Numbered from the stretch's first letter, positions 1 through 8,580 are shown. The stretch is DNA of 64,000 nt from Polyangiales bacterium (GCA_041576815.1 JBFGKE010000001.1:6948-70947), one strand, 5' to 3'. The notes: generated by a model from the letters alone, not told the origin. Numbers and translations are program-made.

Positions 1-783
1 TCGAGCAAGGTGGTCGTCGCGGCCGATCTTCAGCTCGTCGGCCCCGTGGCGGACGGGTCGATCGCGCCAGGGGTTCCGCAGCTCGAAGGACGAGCCAACA
101 GCTCGGGAATTCTGCTTGCGGACTCGACGAAGAGGGACTTCACCTGGAATGTCTCGCTCGGCGCCGAGGTCCAGCTCACCAAGTTCCTCTTCACTCGGCT
201 TGGCTTTCTGACCGACAATAGCAGCGCGCCCACCTCTTCTGGCACTGAATCCTTCATCCGACCTTACCAGGTCGATCGCTACGGTTTCAGCGCGTCCCTC
301 GGCGGGTACAAGAATGCAAAAGGGCTCTCCGCCGGCGTGTCGCTCCTGTTCGGAAAGGGAACCGGGAACGGTCTCGATTTCACTGAGCAGGCATTCCAAA
401 ACGACAGCAACTTCATTCGGGTGCCTGTCAAGGAGCGCATCCTCATCATTTCGGTTGGCGGCGACATCGGTCAAACCGCGGACGTGGTCAAAAACCGCAT
501 GAAGGAGAAGAAGCTGGAGCAAGAGATCGAGGCCGAACAGATGCGTGAGATCGAAGAAAAGCAGGAAGAGCTTGCGGCAGAGGAGGACCCAGAGCTCAAA
601 GCCGCGAAACAAGAGGCGATCGAGGCGCGGAAGAAGGCTCTGGAAGCCGACAAGCGCGTCAAGGAAGCCGACCGCGAGGTCGAGCGGCTGAAGACGAAGT
701 CCAAGGGAAAAGAGAACCTCGATGCTGAGGATCAGGGCGCCATCCAGGGAGCGACCCAGTCGGGGATTGAAACCATTCGCTAG
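1..783 (+). CDS. 5'-truncated ORF (continues upstream of window): putative outer-membrane beta-barrel-like protein with E/K-rich coiled-coil C-terminal tail
   Basis: Frame 1 is open from nt 1 to TAG at 781-783. Amphipathic strand-like segments (FTWNVSLGAEVQL, YGFSASLGGY, LSAGVSLLF) are followed by ~90 aa of charged heptad-like sequence (EKQEELAAEE, KKALEADKRVKEADREVERLK). GC3 is high. Confidence 0.45.
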   Translation, partial: SSKVVVAADLQLVGPVADGSIAPGVPQLEGRANSSGILLADSTKRDFTWNVSLGAEVQLTKFLFTRLGFLTDNSSAPTSSGTESFIRPYQVDRYGFSASLGGYKNAKGLSAGVSLLFGKGTGNGLDFTEQAFQNDSNFIRVPVKERILIISVGGDIGQTADVVKNRMKEKKLEQEIEAEQMREIEEKQEELAAEEDPELKAAKQEAIEARKKALEADKRVKEADREVERLKTKSKGKENLDAEDQGAIQGATQSGIETIR

Positions 784-938
784 TGAAGCCCGACAGACTG
801 CGGTGTAGCCGCCGACCGCCGTGATCCCGGAGCCAAGGTCGCAGACGGTTGCAGTCATCCGACAACGCTTGACTCCTGTTGGGGTCTCCACGAGGATGCC
901 GTTCGGAAGCCTTCACCAGGACGAGGGGGAGGGGAGCT

Positions 939-1154
939 ATGGCACACACGAAAATCATTGTCGGGTTGCTGGTGGGAATGGGGTTGGCAGTCAGCGGTTG
1001 TGGAGGCAGCACCGATCCCGAATCGGTGTGTTCTGCTTGTCCGGAGGCCGCGAGGGAGATCTGCGTGCAAGGAGTGCAGAACTGCCTCGACATCGGCGGT
1101 CCGTTCGCCGACGAATGCGTCGACGCCATCGTGCGGGCCTGCCGAGGCGACTAG
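939..1154 (+). CDS. small Cys-rich lipoprotein (71 aa), unknown function
   Basis: ATG at 939 is preceded by a GGGGGAGGGGAG SD-like tract. The signal peptide has the lipobox MAHTKIIVGLLVGMGLAVSGC. The mature part contains 6 further Cys. Confidence 0.5.
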   Translation: MAHTKIIVGLLVGMGLAVSGCGGSTDPESVCSACPEAAREICVQGVQNCLDIGGPFADECVDAIVRACRGD

Positions 1155-1206
1155 CTGGCGGCCCGCTGGACAGGCGCACGCAACTGCTCAACAGTCAGCC
1201 GCGACC

Positions 1207-2232
1207 ATGGCCGGGGAAGGAAAACAGTCCCGAGCGTCCGTCTTCAACCTCCTATTTTTGACGATCGGGCTGGCGCTGTTCGTCTTTTTGCTGGTCCGGC
1301 TGGACGTCCACACGATCGTCGAGAAGCTCCGGCAGGTCGGATGGTTCTTCGTCCCGGCGTTCCTCTGCTACGTCGCAAACCTCTTTTTCGCGGCGCTCAC
1401 CTGGCGCGCGACCATCAATCCCAAGCACTCGCACGCGAGCATCTTCGACCTATGGCACGCGTTCTGGGCCGGCCACGCGATCAACGCGGTGACGCCCGGG
1501 GGCGGTGCAGGCGAGTTCCTCAAGGCCTCGCTGCTGCGCGGGAAGCTCGAGGGGAAGGAGCTCGTCGCCTCGATCATTCTGTACAACGGGATCAATTCGG
1601 CGGTCACCGCTGCAGCAGCGGTCCTTGGCGCGCTGATCTGCTTCGTCTTCCTCGACGTTCCGCGCGATGCGACCGGCATCGTGCTGGCCGGATCGGTCGT
1701 GGTGTTCTTGCTGTTCTTGGTGCTGCTTTGGTGGATTCATTCCGGCGCGGTCTCGCACGTCATCCACGTTGCGACGAAGCTCCCGTTCGTGAAGATCGCC
1801 GATGAAGCGGAGCTGGTCGAAAGGGCCAAGGACGTCGATCGCCGGATGGGCACGTTCATCCGGAGTCGACCGCGTGCGATGGCTCGCTCGGCGTCGCTAT
1901 CATTTTGCGTCCGGCTCCTGCAGATCGCTGAAACCGGATTCCTTCTGTACCCACTGATGCCCGGCGACCGCGTGCTGCTCATCGCCATTCTCATGCAAAC
2001 CGCCAGCCAGCTCATCGTTTGGATTGCCGCGTTCGTGCCTGCGAAGATCGGCGTGCTCGAGGGCGGCAACGCCGGACTCTTTCAGCTTGCAGGGCTTGAT
2101 CCTGTCACCGCCTTCACGGTGGTCATCGCCAAGCGGCTCAGAATGGTCCTCGGAGTCGCGATCGGGCTCGCGTTGGGCTCGCGTTTCATCGGGCAACGGG
2201 CTTCTTACAATCCGAGGCCCGAGGACTCCTGA
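1207..2232 (+). CDS. polytopic membrane protein, UPF0104 / LPG-synthase-TM (flippase-like) family
   Basis: The internal ATG at 1207 (MAGEGKQSRASVFNLLFLTIGLALFVFLLV) starts 341 aa with ~8 hydrophobic helices. It carries a family-like motif, AINAVTPGGGAGEFLKA. The upstream part of the 424-aa ORF is Arg/Ala-rich junk overlapping the previous gene. Confidence 0.55.
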   Translation: MAGEGKQSRASVFNLLFLTIGLALFVFLLVRLDVHTIVEKLRQVGWFFVPAFLCYVANLFFAALTWRATINPKHSHASIFDLWHAFWAGHAINAVTPGGGAGEFLKASLLRGKLEGKELVASIILYNGINSAVTAAAAVLGALICFVFLDVPRDATGIVLAGSVVVFLLFLVLLWWIHSGAVSHVIHVATKLPFVKIADEAELVERAKDVDRRMGTFIRSRPRAMARSASLSFCVRLLQIAETGFLLYPLMPGDRVLLIAILMQTASQLIVWIAAFVPAKIGVLEGGNAGLFQLAGLDPVTAFTVVIAKRLRMVLGVAIGLALGSRFIGQRASYNPRPEDS

Positions 2233-2240
2233 CCCGCGGC

Positions 2241-3443
2241 TCAGCCACGGATACACTCTCGCAGCCAAGGGCCGACGGACCATCCAGAGGCCACATCCCG
2301 GACGCGCGGCGCGGATAGCCTCTCGGTGAGAAACGCGTCGAGACGTTCCGCCCGTGCGTCCCAAGTGAGCGTCTTGGAATCGGCCTTCGCCCTGGCGGAA
2401 AGTTTCGCCGCAAGCTCGGCGTCCCCACACAGCTTCTTCACCGCCTCGGTCGCCTCCGCCACGTTTCCAGGTTCCACCAGCCAAGCGTTCTTCGCATGAT
2501 GAAGCACTTCGCGAACATCGGGTGTATTGCCGGCAAGCACGGGCCGCCCCGACGCCAAGTACAAGAACACCTTCAGAGGTAGAACGGTTCGTCCGAACTC
2601 TTCGAGCGGCCGTCTGGACGGCGGGATCAGGAGCACGTCTGCAGCGTAAAGATAGGGAACCGTCGCGCGGGGCGCCTGCCAGGGCACGAGCCGAACGTTG
2701 TCGATGGCGCCGGCCTCTCGCTCGGTCGGGTTTCCATCCCCTGCGGCGCCAACGAGGACGAAGTCGACCTCGGGCAGGGCGCGCGCCATTGCGAAGACGA
2801 CGCCGAGACCTTTGCCTTGGTTGATGCGACCGGTGTACACGACCGTGGGTCGGCGGCGGTCCCAACCCAAGGTGTCGCGCGCTCGCTCGAGCGACAGCTC
2901 CGGAATCATGCGCGTCGGATCGAAGCCGTTGTGGACCACCTTCAGCCGCTCTGGCGGCACACCGATCCTCAAGAACGACTTTCGGGCGAGATCCGAATGA
3001 CAGGCCATCCCGAGGAAGCGCGGATGCGTCATCCACGAGCGCAGCAATGGTTGCAGGAGAGGCGTTTGATCGGGCAGCGGCCGATAGTGATCGTAGAACA
3101 CCGGGACCCGGCCGCGCATCGCGGTCGCGAGGATCGCCGTGTTGCGCGTGTAGAGAACCTCACACTGGCGATACTCGTCCGTCCACGGAACTCGAAGTGC
3201 TTGCCATCCATGCTGAGCGGTTTTTCGTTCGAACGGATTCGGGACGGGAACGATCCGGACCGATCCTTCGATCTGGTAGTGATCGATGATCTGGCTTGCA
3301 GCGTCCGGAAGCCCGGAGCGGCGCGGAAAAAGGAAGCTCACATCATGGCCGCGCCGAGACAGCGCGGCTGCAGTGTGCATGAACACTTCCGCATCTGCCT
3401 GAGGGCTCGGGAGCGAGCCTTCAAACGCAAAAGCAATGCGCAT
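2241..3443 (-). CDS. glycosyltransferase, GT-B fold (GT4/GT1 family)
   Basis: 400 aa. The N-terminus MRIAFAFEG...HTAAALSRRGHDV is typical of GT4. The C-terminal half has GRINQGKGLGVVF...VDFVLVG and a LYLASGRPVLAG nucleotide-sugar binding region. GC3 is high. Confidence 0.8.
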   Translation of the reverse strand: MRIAFAFEGSLPSPQADAEVFMHTAAALSRRGHDVSFLFPRRSGLPDAASQIIDHYQIEGSVRIVPVPNPFERKTAQHGWQALRVPWTDEYRQCEVLYTRNTAILATAMRGRVPVFYDHYRPLPDQTPLLQPLLRSWMTHPRFLGMACHSDLARKSFLRIGVPPERLKVVHNGFDPTRMIPELSLERARDTLGWDRRRPTVVYTGRINQGKGLGVVFAMARALPEVDFVLVGAAGDGNPTEREAGAIDNVRLVPWQAPRATVPYLYAADVLLIPPSRRPLEEFGRTVLPLKVFLYLASGRPVLAGNTPDVREVLHHAKNAWLVEPGNVAEATEAVKKLCGDAELAAKLSARAKADSKTLTWDARAERLDAFLTERLSAPRVRDVASGWSVGPWLRECIRG

Positions 3444-3539
3444 TACTTCCCATCCCTTCCGATGGCCCAGTTATTCCACGAGGCAACCTGGCTCGTCGAG
3501 CGCGTTTGGTAACCCCGTACGAGGCTCGCGGATTGCCTT

Positions 3540-3558
3540 CTTGCACGTCGAGTGCAAG
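3540..3558. promoter_or_regulatory. perfect palindrome CTTGCAC-GTCGA-GTGCAAG, candidate operator
   Basis: 7-bp inverted arms with a 5-nt spacer. It sits 18 nt upstream of the ATG at 3576, in the divergent GT4 / beta-helix-protein intergenic region. Confidence 0.25.
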
Positions 3559-3575
3559 GACAGCGTGAGAGGGTC

Positions 3576-4172
3576 ATGGCGAGTGCCATCCAACAGTTTG
3601 CATCGAAGCTGGTCGAGAGCAGGGCGCTCGGTCGGGCACTCAGTCACCTGCCGGAGGATGTCCGCGATGCCCTGGAGGATTTGGCCGCCGGTGACGAGCC
3701 CAGCTCGATTCGCAGAGGCTCGCTCACCGAGGGTGAGACCGTCCGCAGGGTCGCAGTCTTTCTCGGGCAGGTCGGGCAGGGCGCGGCAGCTCGCGGCATC
3801 AATCTGATGAAGGGCGCGATCGTCGGCGGTGCGGTGCGTGGCTGCAACGTCGCCGCCGTCGATGTCGTGGACGGTGATCTTCGCGGCATCAACGTGATCG
3901 TGGGCGATGTCCGCGGCGGCACGGTGCGTGGCATCAACGTGCTGGTCGGCGACGTGCGTGGCGGCTCGGTCGAAGGGGCGAACGTCCTGCTGGGCGACGT
4001 TCGCGCGGGGGTCGTGACCCACACGAATCTGGTCGTCGGCCACGTTCACGGCGGAAAGCTCGACGCCAACATCCTTCTTGGCAACGTCTTCGGCGGCGAA
4101 GTGTCTGCGAAGGTCCACATTGGAGAAGTCGTGGGCGGGTCGGTGGCTATGGAATCAACCGTTCGCCCTTGA
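3576..4172 (+). CDS. beta-helix repeat protein (bactofilin-like ~15-residue Gly/Val repeats), unknown function
   Basis: ATG at 3576 follows GAGAGGG. After a ~75-aa helical N-terminus come at least 7 tandem ~15-aa units: INVIVGDVRGGTVRG / INVLVGDVRGGSVEG / ANVLLGDVRAGVVTH / TNLVVGHVHGGKLDA / NILLGNVFGGEVSAK. Confidence 0.6.
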   Translation: MASAIQQFASKLVESRALGRALSHLPEDVRDALEDLAAGDEPSSIRRGSLTEGETVRRVAVFLGQVGQGAAARGINLMKGAIVGGAVRGCNVAAVDVVDGDLRGINVIVGDVRGGTVRGINVLVGDVRGGSVEGANVLLGDVRAGVVTHTNLVVGHVHGGKLDANILLGNVFGGEVSAKVHIGEVVGGSVAMESTVRP

Positions 4173-4845
4173 GCTTCTTGGCGACCGCCCGCGTCACCGA
4201 GGCTCGCGCGTCTTCGAGCGATTTGGGATCAATCGTTTCCGATTGCCCTGTCCAAACGAGCTCGTTGGTGGCGACCGAATAGAGGTTGGTTTCGAGCTTG
4301 AGGGTCGTGCTCGTCTTGAAGTATCCCGGCTCGCGCACCTCGGCGTAGGTCGTGCCGTAGAATCCGTAGAAGCCTCCGTATCCCCATCCCAACCCAGGTG
4401 ACGCGGGGTAATAACGCGTCTTCGGGTTGTTGTGCTTCTTGGGTGGTGTGTATTTCTGCGTTTTATCGACACTGAGCAGACGCGTGAGCAGAACTCCGTC
4501 GAATCCGCCGGCGTCGATGGCTGCATGGAGCTGCTCTTCGGTGAAAGCCGCGTCTTGCGGCAGGACCGTGATGCTGGCCTGCGCGGTCCCGCCTTCTTTC
4601 CCGATCGCCGAAACAAGCGCACCTTCGAACGCTCGACGGGTTTCTTGGTCCTCGGCGACCCCGATGACCATCAATTTCTTGAATACGGTCTCTTCGTAGC
4701 CGGGGTTCCGGTAGCTCTGAGAGAAGTTGGTGGCGGTGGTCTTGCAGCCCGAAAAAGCAGCGAGAAAGCTCAAAATGGTTAGGAGTCGGAGGGGTTGAAT
4801 CACGGCCGTAGCGTAGGGCACCTCCGCCGCTCCGACCATCGCCAT
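4147..4845 (-). CDS. lipoprotein, unknown function (DUF4136-like architecture)
   Basis: Signal peptide with lipobox LLTILSFLAAFSGC. 232 aa with a Gly/Tyr-rich loop GLGWGYGGFYGFYG. The 3' end overlaps the convergent gene by 26 nt. Confidence 0.65.
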   Translation of the reverse strand: MAMVGAAEVPYATAVIQPLRLLTILSFLAAFSGCKTTATNFSQSYRNPGYEETVFKKLMVIGVAEDQETRRAFEGALVSAIGKEGGTAQASITVLPQDAAFTEEQLHAAIDAGGFDGVLLTRLLSVDKTQKYTPPKKHNNPKTRYYPASPGLGWGYGGFYGFYGTTYAEVREPGYFKTSTTLKLETNLYSVATNELVWTGQSETIDPKSLEDARASVTRAVAKKLKGERLIP

Positions 4846-5152
4846 GTTCTCGACAGCCGTTGCGGAGCTGCTAGGGTGGCTCTTAGAAAGCCCTCGGTAG
4901 GGCGCGGGGGCTCACCGTGAGCGCCCGGCACGTTGTCTGTTCCTACGCGAACCGCGCCGTGATTCGAAACAGCGGTTTGAGGCTCGTAGAAGACACAGAG
5001 ACGAATTGAGGCGGGGGCATGGGCAAGCACGCCCAGACCAACGCGCCACCCACGGCGCATGCTCTTCCGTCCCATTCGAATACCGGGAAACCAGATTTCC
5101 CATGCAATCCCGGCCTCTGCGGAGGCCCAAGAGAAACGAAAAGAGAAACAAC

Positions 5153-5434
5153 ATGAGTAAGAAGATATTTGTAGGCAGCCTGAGCTGGAACACGACGAGT
5201 GCGGAGCTTCAGAACGCCTTTGCCGCTTGTGGCGATGTGGTCGAGGCCAAGGTCGTGACCGACCGTGACACCGGTCGCTCGCGCGGATTCGGCTTCGTGA
5301 CCTTCCAAGACGAGCAGGGAGCGACCAGCGCCATCGAAACGCTCGACGGCAGCACCCTCGACGGGCGCACCATCCGCGTCGACCGGGCCAACGACAAGCG
5401 CTCGGACAATCGCGGTTCATTCGGTCGCTGGTGA
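5153..5434 (+). CDS. RNA-binding protein, single RRM (RNP-1) domain
   Basis: RNP2 is KIFVGSL and RNP1 is RGFGFVTF. 93 aa. The internal ATG at 5153 follows a purine-rich leader. Confidence 0.9.
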   Translation: MSKKIFVGSLSWNTTSAELQNAFAACGDVVEAKVVTDRDTGRSRGFGFVTFQDEQGATSAIETLDGSTLDGRTIRVDRANDKRSDNRGSFGRW

Positions 5435-6558
5435 CATTCGATACGCTAGGGCTCGCCCCCGAGTTGCAAACGGCAATCGAGCGCGCGGGCTACACGACTC
5501 CGACTCCAATCCAGCAGCTGGCGATCCCGCCAGCGCTGTCGGGGCGTGACATCCTCGGCTGCGCCCAAACAGGCACCGGGAAGACCGCTGCGTTTGGTCT
5601 GCCCGTGCTCCAACGGGTCGACGCACGGGTGGGCAACCGGCCCAGTCTCCGCGCGCTGATCGTGACGCCAACCCGAGAGCTCGCTGCGCAAATCGGCTCG
5701 AGCCTGGCCACGTACGGCGCGGACTTCAACCTCTGGCACACCGTGATCTTTGGCGGGGTGAGCGACAAGGCGCAGATTGCGGAGCTCAGGCGAGGCATCG
5801 ACATCCTCGTGGCCACACCAGGCCGGCTCCTCGATTTGATGGGTCGCGGGTTCGTACGGCTCGACGACGTCGAGCTGTTCGTCCTCGATGAGGCAGACCG
5901 GATGCTCGACATGGGGTTTCTCCCCGACGTGCGCCGAATCACCAAAGCGCTGCCGGCGGACCGGCAGACGCTGTTCTTTTCCGCTACGATGCCGCCGGCG
6001 ATCCACCGGCTTGCCGAGACGCTCCTCGACGACCCCGTTGCCGTGGCCGTTGCTCCGGTCTCTTCTACTGTGGAGCTGATCGAGCAGCATGTCTTTTTCG
6101 TCGACAAAACCCGAAAGCGCAGGCTGTTGGCGGAGCTGCTGAACGATCCCGACGTGAAGCACACACTAGTGTTCAGCCGTACGAAGCACGGGGCCAACCG
6201 GATCGTTCGCGATCTGGAGAAAGCGGGCATCCCGGCGGGCGCGATTCATGGGAACAAGTCGCAGGGCGCACGCACGCGTGCGCTCGACGCCTTTCGAAGT
6301 GGCCGCCTCTCGGTGCTGGTCGCAACCGACATCGCCGCACGCGGAATCGACGTCGAAGGCGTGAGCCACGTCATCAACTACGACCTTCCGAACGTCCCCG
6401 AGACGTACGTGCACCGGATCGGACGCACGGCGCGCGCTGGCGCAGCCGGCGTCGCGTGGTCGTTTTGCGGTCCGGACGAGCGGCCCCACCTCGCCAGCAT
6501 CGAAAGACTGATCGACAAGCGACTCAATCCAATCAAGCCGGAGCAAAACCGTGTCTAA
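5431..6558 (+). CDS. rhlE: DEAD-box ATP-dependent RNA helicase (RhlE-like core, no C-terminal extension)
   Basis: Q motif GYTTPTPIQ, motif I AQTGTGKT, Ia [30 protein letters not shown]. The GTG start at 5431 overlaps the upstream stop (GTGA). Confidence 0.93.
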   Translation: MTFDTLGLAPELQTAIERAGYTTPTPIQQLAIPPALSGRDILGCAQTGTGKTAAFGLPVLQRVDARVGNRPSLRALIVTPTRELAAQIGSSLATYGADFNLWHTVIFGGVSDKAQIAELRRGIDILVATPGRLLDLMGRGFVRLDDVELFVLDEADRMLDMGFLPDVRRITKALPADRQTLFFSATMPPAIHRLAETLLDDPVAVAVAPVSSTVELIEQHVFFVDKTRKRRLLAELLNDPDVKHTLVFSRTKHGANRIVRDLEKAGIPAGAIHGNKSQGARTRALDAFRSGRLSVLVATDIAARGIDVEGVSHVINYDLPNVPETYVHRIGRTARAGAAGVAWSFCGPDERPHLASIERLIDKRLNPIKPEQNRV

Positions 6559-6913
6559 CAAGATTTTCGTTGGCAATCTCGACTTCACGACCACCGAGCA
6601 AGACCTTCGCGACCTGTTCTCCGAGGTCGGTGAGGTGGAGGACGTTCACATCCCGACCGATCGGACGTCCGGGCGCCCGCGGGGCTTTGCGTTCGTCCGT
6701 TTCGCCACTGCGGAGCAGGCCGCGCAAGCGGTAGAGACGATGAACGGCCAGGAAGTGTCTGGACGAGCCCTTCGGCTCGATGTGGCCGAAGATCGCCCTC
6801 GGGCACAGCGACCCCGGCGAGACTTCGGCGGTGGCCAGCGGCCCGGCTCGTTCCACAGACAGGGGAAACCAAAAGGCAGTCGCAGAGGTGTTCGCGCAAA
6901 AAAGCGCAGCTGA
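6551..6913 (+). CDS. RNA-binding protein, RRM domain with Arg/Gly/Lys-rich tail
   Basis: RNP2 is KIFVGNL and RNP1 is RGFAFVRF. The C-terminal tail is [13 protein letters not shown]...[10 protein letters not shown]. The GTG start overlaps the helicase stop by 8 nt (GTGTCTAA). Confidence 0.88.
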   Translation: MSNKIFVGNLDFTTTEQDLRDLFSEVGEVEDVHIPTDRTSGRPRGFAFVRFATAEQAAQAVETMNGQEVSGRALRLDVAEDRPRAQRPRRDFGGGQRPGSFHRQGKPKGSRRGVRAKKRS

Positions 6914-6928
6914 ATAGGTCAGCAATAC

Positions 6929-6956
6929 AAAGCCCGGAGCGATCGCCCCGGGCTTT
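6929..6956. terminator. stem-loop AAAGCCCGG-N10-CCGGGCTTT followed by GTTT; likely bidirectional intrinsic terminator
   Basis: A 9-bp perfect stem lies between the convergent RRM gene (ends 6913) and hsp20 (ends 7003). Confidence 0.6.
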
Positions 6957-7002
6957 GTTTGGGCAGCGCCCGTTTTCCGGTCGCTATGCCGTCGCCAATG
7001 GC

Positions 7003-7443
7003 TCAACCCGACGTGACCGGGATGGTCACGGGCGCCGCCGCGGCTCGCTTTGGGATCCGAACTTTCAAGACACCTCGGTCGACCGTGGCTCGGGCATCGT
7101 TCGCGTCGAGATATGCGGGCAGCGAGAGCTCGGCGTACCAGTCGGTTCCCACGGGGTCTCCCCAGACCAAGCGGTCCGACCACCGTTCTCGCCGCACGTG
7201 GATCGACAGCGCGGATTGGCCGTCGACGTGCACTCTCGTATTGTCCGAAAACGCGCCCGGCGTATCCGCGAGGATCATGACCTCCCTGTCGTTCTCGAGG
7301 ATGTCGACCGGCATGCGGGGCGGCCTTCCGTGTTCGATCGGTTCGGCGGGCGCCTCACGAGCCGTAACGGGAACGTGTTGACCTGAAATACGGTCGGCCG
7401 TTCGTCCGAACGCGTTGCGGACTCGTCTCATCAAGTCGTTCAT
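7003..7443 (-). CDS. Hsp20/alpha-crystallin family small heat-shock protein (divergent paralog)
   Basis: Alpha-crystallin-domain pattern: PVDILENDREVMILADTPG ... ATVDRGVLKVRIPK. Confidence 0.8.
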   Translation of the reverse strand: MNDLMRRVRNAFGRTADRISGQHVPVTAREAPAEPIEHGRPPRMPVDILENDREVMILADTPGAFSDNTRVHVDGQSALSIHVRRERWSDRLVWGDPVGTDWYAELSLPAYLDANDARATVDRGVLKVRIPKRAAAAPVTIPVTSG

Positions 7444-7462
7444 GGCTCACCTCTCGTTCGAT

Positions 7463-7849
7463 TCAGCTGTCGGAGGCGCTCACCTCGATTCGGCGGGGCT
7501 TAGCGGCCTCCGATTTCGCCAGGTGGACTTTCAGGACCCCCTGGGTGAGCTCGGCGCTCACGCCGTTGGGATCCACCGTGTGGGGGACGCGAAACGTTCG
7601 CGAGAACGCGAGGCGCGGTTGAGCCTGGTGCTCGTTCGCGGTTTGCGTTCCCTCGATGACGAGCTCGGAGCGGTCGAGTTGCACCGACAGAGCGTCTTTC
7701 GCAACGCCGGGAAAATCGGCTACGAGCAGGATTTCGTCCTGGTTTTCGAAGATGTCGACGCGCGGCGTAATCGTGATCGCCTGCGCCTCGTCCGGCTGGT
7801 CGATGCTAGGGCTCTGCCGATGGGTCAATGTGGTGTTTTCGGCTTCCAT
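7463..7849 (-). CDS. Hsp20/alpha-crystallin family small heat-shock protein
   Basis: VDIFENQDEILLVADFPGV ... AELTQGVLKVHLAK. The ATG at 7849 is preceded by AAAGGAGG, so it is preferred over the GTG at 7873. Confidence 0.88.
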   Translation of the reverse strand: MEAENTTLTHRQSPSIDQPDEAQAITITPRVDIFENQDEILLVADFPGVAKDALSVQLDRSELVIEGTQTANEHQAQPRLAFSRTFRVPHTVDPNGVSAELTQGVLKVHLAKSEAAKPRRIEVSASDS

Positions 7850-7869
7850 GACTGCACCTCCTTTCGACC

Positions 7870-8355
7870 TCACGAGACCTGAACCTGAATTTGGCGCGGC
7901 TGTTCTTCCGCAACCTTGGGCAACACCATCTCGAGAACACCGTTCTTGAGCTTGGCCGTCGCCTTCTCGGTATCGATTCGGCAGGGGAGGGTAAAGCTCC
8001 GCGCGAACGCGCGATTCCCGCGTTCCTGCCGGTGGATCGCGTAGCCCTCGGGGGCTTCCGTCTTTCGTTGCCCTCGAATGGTGAGCGAGCTCTGCTCGAC
8101 CGAGATCTCGAGGTCCTTCTCCGAGAGCCCAGGCACCTCGGCGCGGAGTCGGAGCTCCGGCCCGGTGTCATAAAGACCTACACGGGGCCACCCCGTGCCA
8201 GCCATCCAGCGCGCCCCTCGACCCGAGTCCTGGCCGGTTTCCCAACCCCGCTCGAAGTCCAAGAGCAACCGGTCCATCTGGCTTCGAAGGTCGTCCAACG
8301 CAGACCACTCGCGCCCGAGACCTCCAAATCCAACGTCATTCCATCGTGTCAACAT
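7870..8355 (-). CDS. Hsp20/alpha-crystallin family small heat-shock protein
   Basis: LRLRAEVPGLSEKDLEISVEQSSLTIRG ... AKLKNGVLEMVLPK. AAAGGAGG SD lies before the ATG at 8355. Confidence 0.88.
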   Translation of the reverse strand: MLTRWNDVGFGGLGREWSALDDLRSQMDRLLLDFERGWETGQDSGRGARWMAGTGWPRVGLYDTGPELRLRAEVPGLSEKDLEISVEQSSLTIRGQRKTEAPEGYAIHRQERGNRAFARSFTLPCRIDTEKATAKLKNGVLEMVLPKVAEEQPRQIQVQVS

Positions 8356-8400
8356 GGTTCAACCTCCTTTCTGTTGGAGGGCCCAATGGCCGCCCCAAAA

Positions 8401-8432
8401 AAAGTAAGCACGCCCGCGCGGCGATCAAGGGG
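8401..8432 (-). promoter_or_regulatory. candidate promoter of the hsp20 operon (CCCCTTGATC -35-like, N16, TACTTT -10-like)
   Basis: The minus strand reads CCCCTTGATCGCCGCGCGGGCGTGCTTACTTT, ending 45 nt upstream of the ATG at 8355. The -35 resembles the sigma32 CCCTTGAA element, but the -10 does not match CCCCAT well. Confidence 0.2.
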
Positions 8433-8464
8433 CGGTGGGGCACGAAAAAAATCCGAAGCCGGAG

Positions 8465-8492
8465 TTGACACCTGGGATGACATGGTTAGCCT
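8465..8492 (+). promoter_or_regulatory. candidate sigma70-type promoter TTGACA-N16-TAGCCT for the zinc-ribbon mini-operon
   Basis: A perfect -35 hexamer lies at 8465-8470 and a -10-like TAGCCT at 8487-8492, about 90 nt upstream of the ATG at 8581. Confidence 0.3.
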
Positions 8493-8580
8493 TTTTGCTA
8501 GGCGGCGTTTTCCCGCCATTTCGCGGCTGCACGCCGCGGCAAAACCCGCAAGGGCCGCTTCGGCCGAGGAGGAAACGACG

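Noticed and set aside
1900-3036. 378-aa ORF on the minus strand in a different frame from the glycosyltransferase gene, overlapping the 3' end of the membrane-protein gene
   Set aside because: It is extremely Arg/Gly/Ala/Pro-rich with no motifs. It overlaps two ORFs that have clear family signatures and high GC3. This is a typical GC-rich shadow ORF.
4846-5152. tRNA or riboswitch in the 307-nt leader of the RRM operon (two TTCGAA-containing segments)
   Set aside because: No acceptor or T-arm cloverleaf could be built around the TTCGAA sites. I recognised no riboswitch consensus. I treat it as a long 5' UTR or promoter region.
8483-8498. sigma54-like -24/-12 element TGGTTAGCCTTTTTGC upstream of the zinc-ribbon ORF
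   Set aside because: The spacing between GG and GC is 11 nt instead of the canonical 10, and the -24 element lacks the CAC. I could not find a convincing GG-N10-GC promoter by eye in 22486-22625 either.
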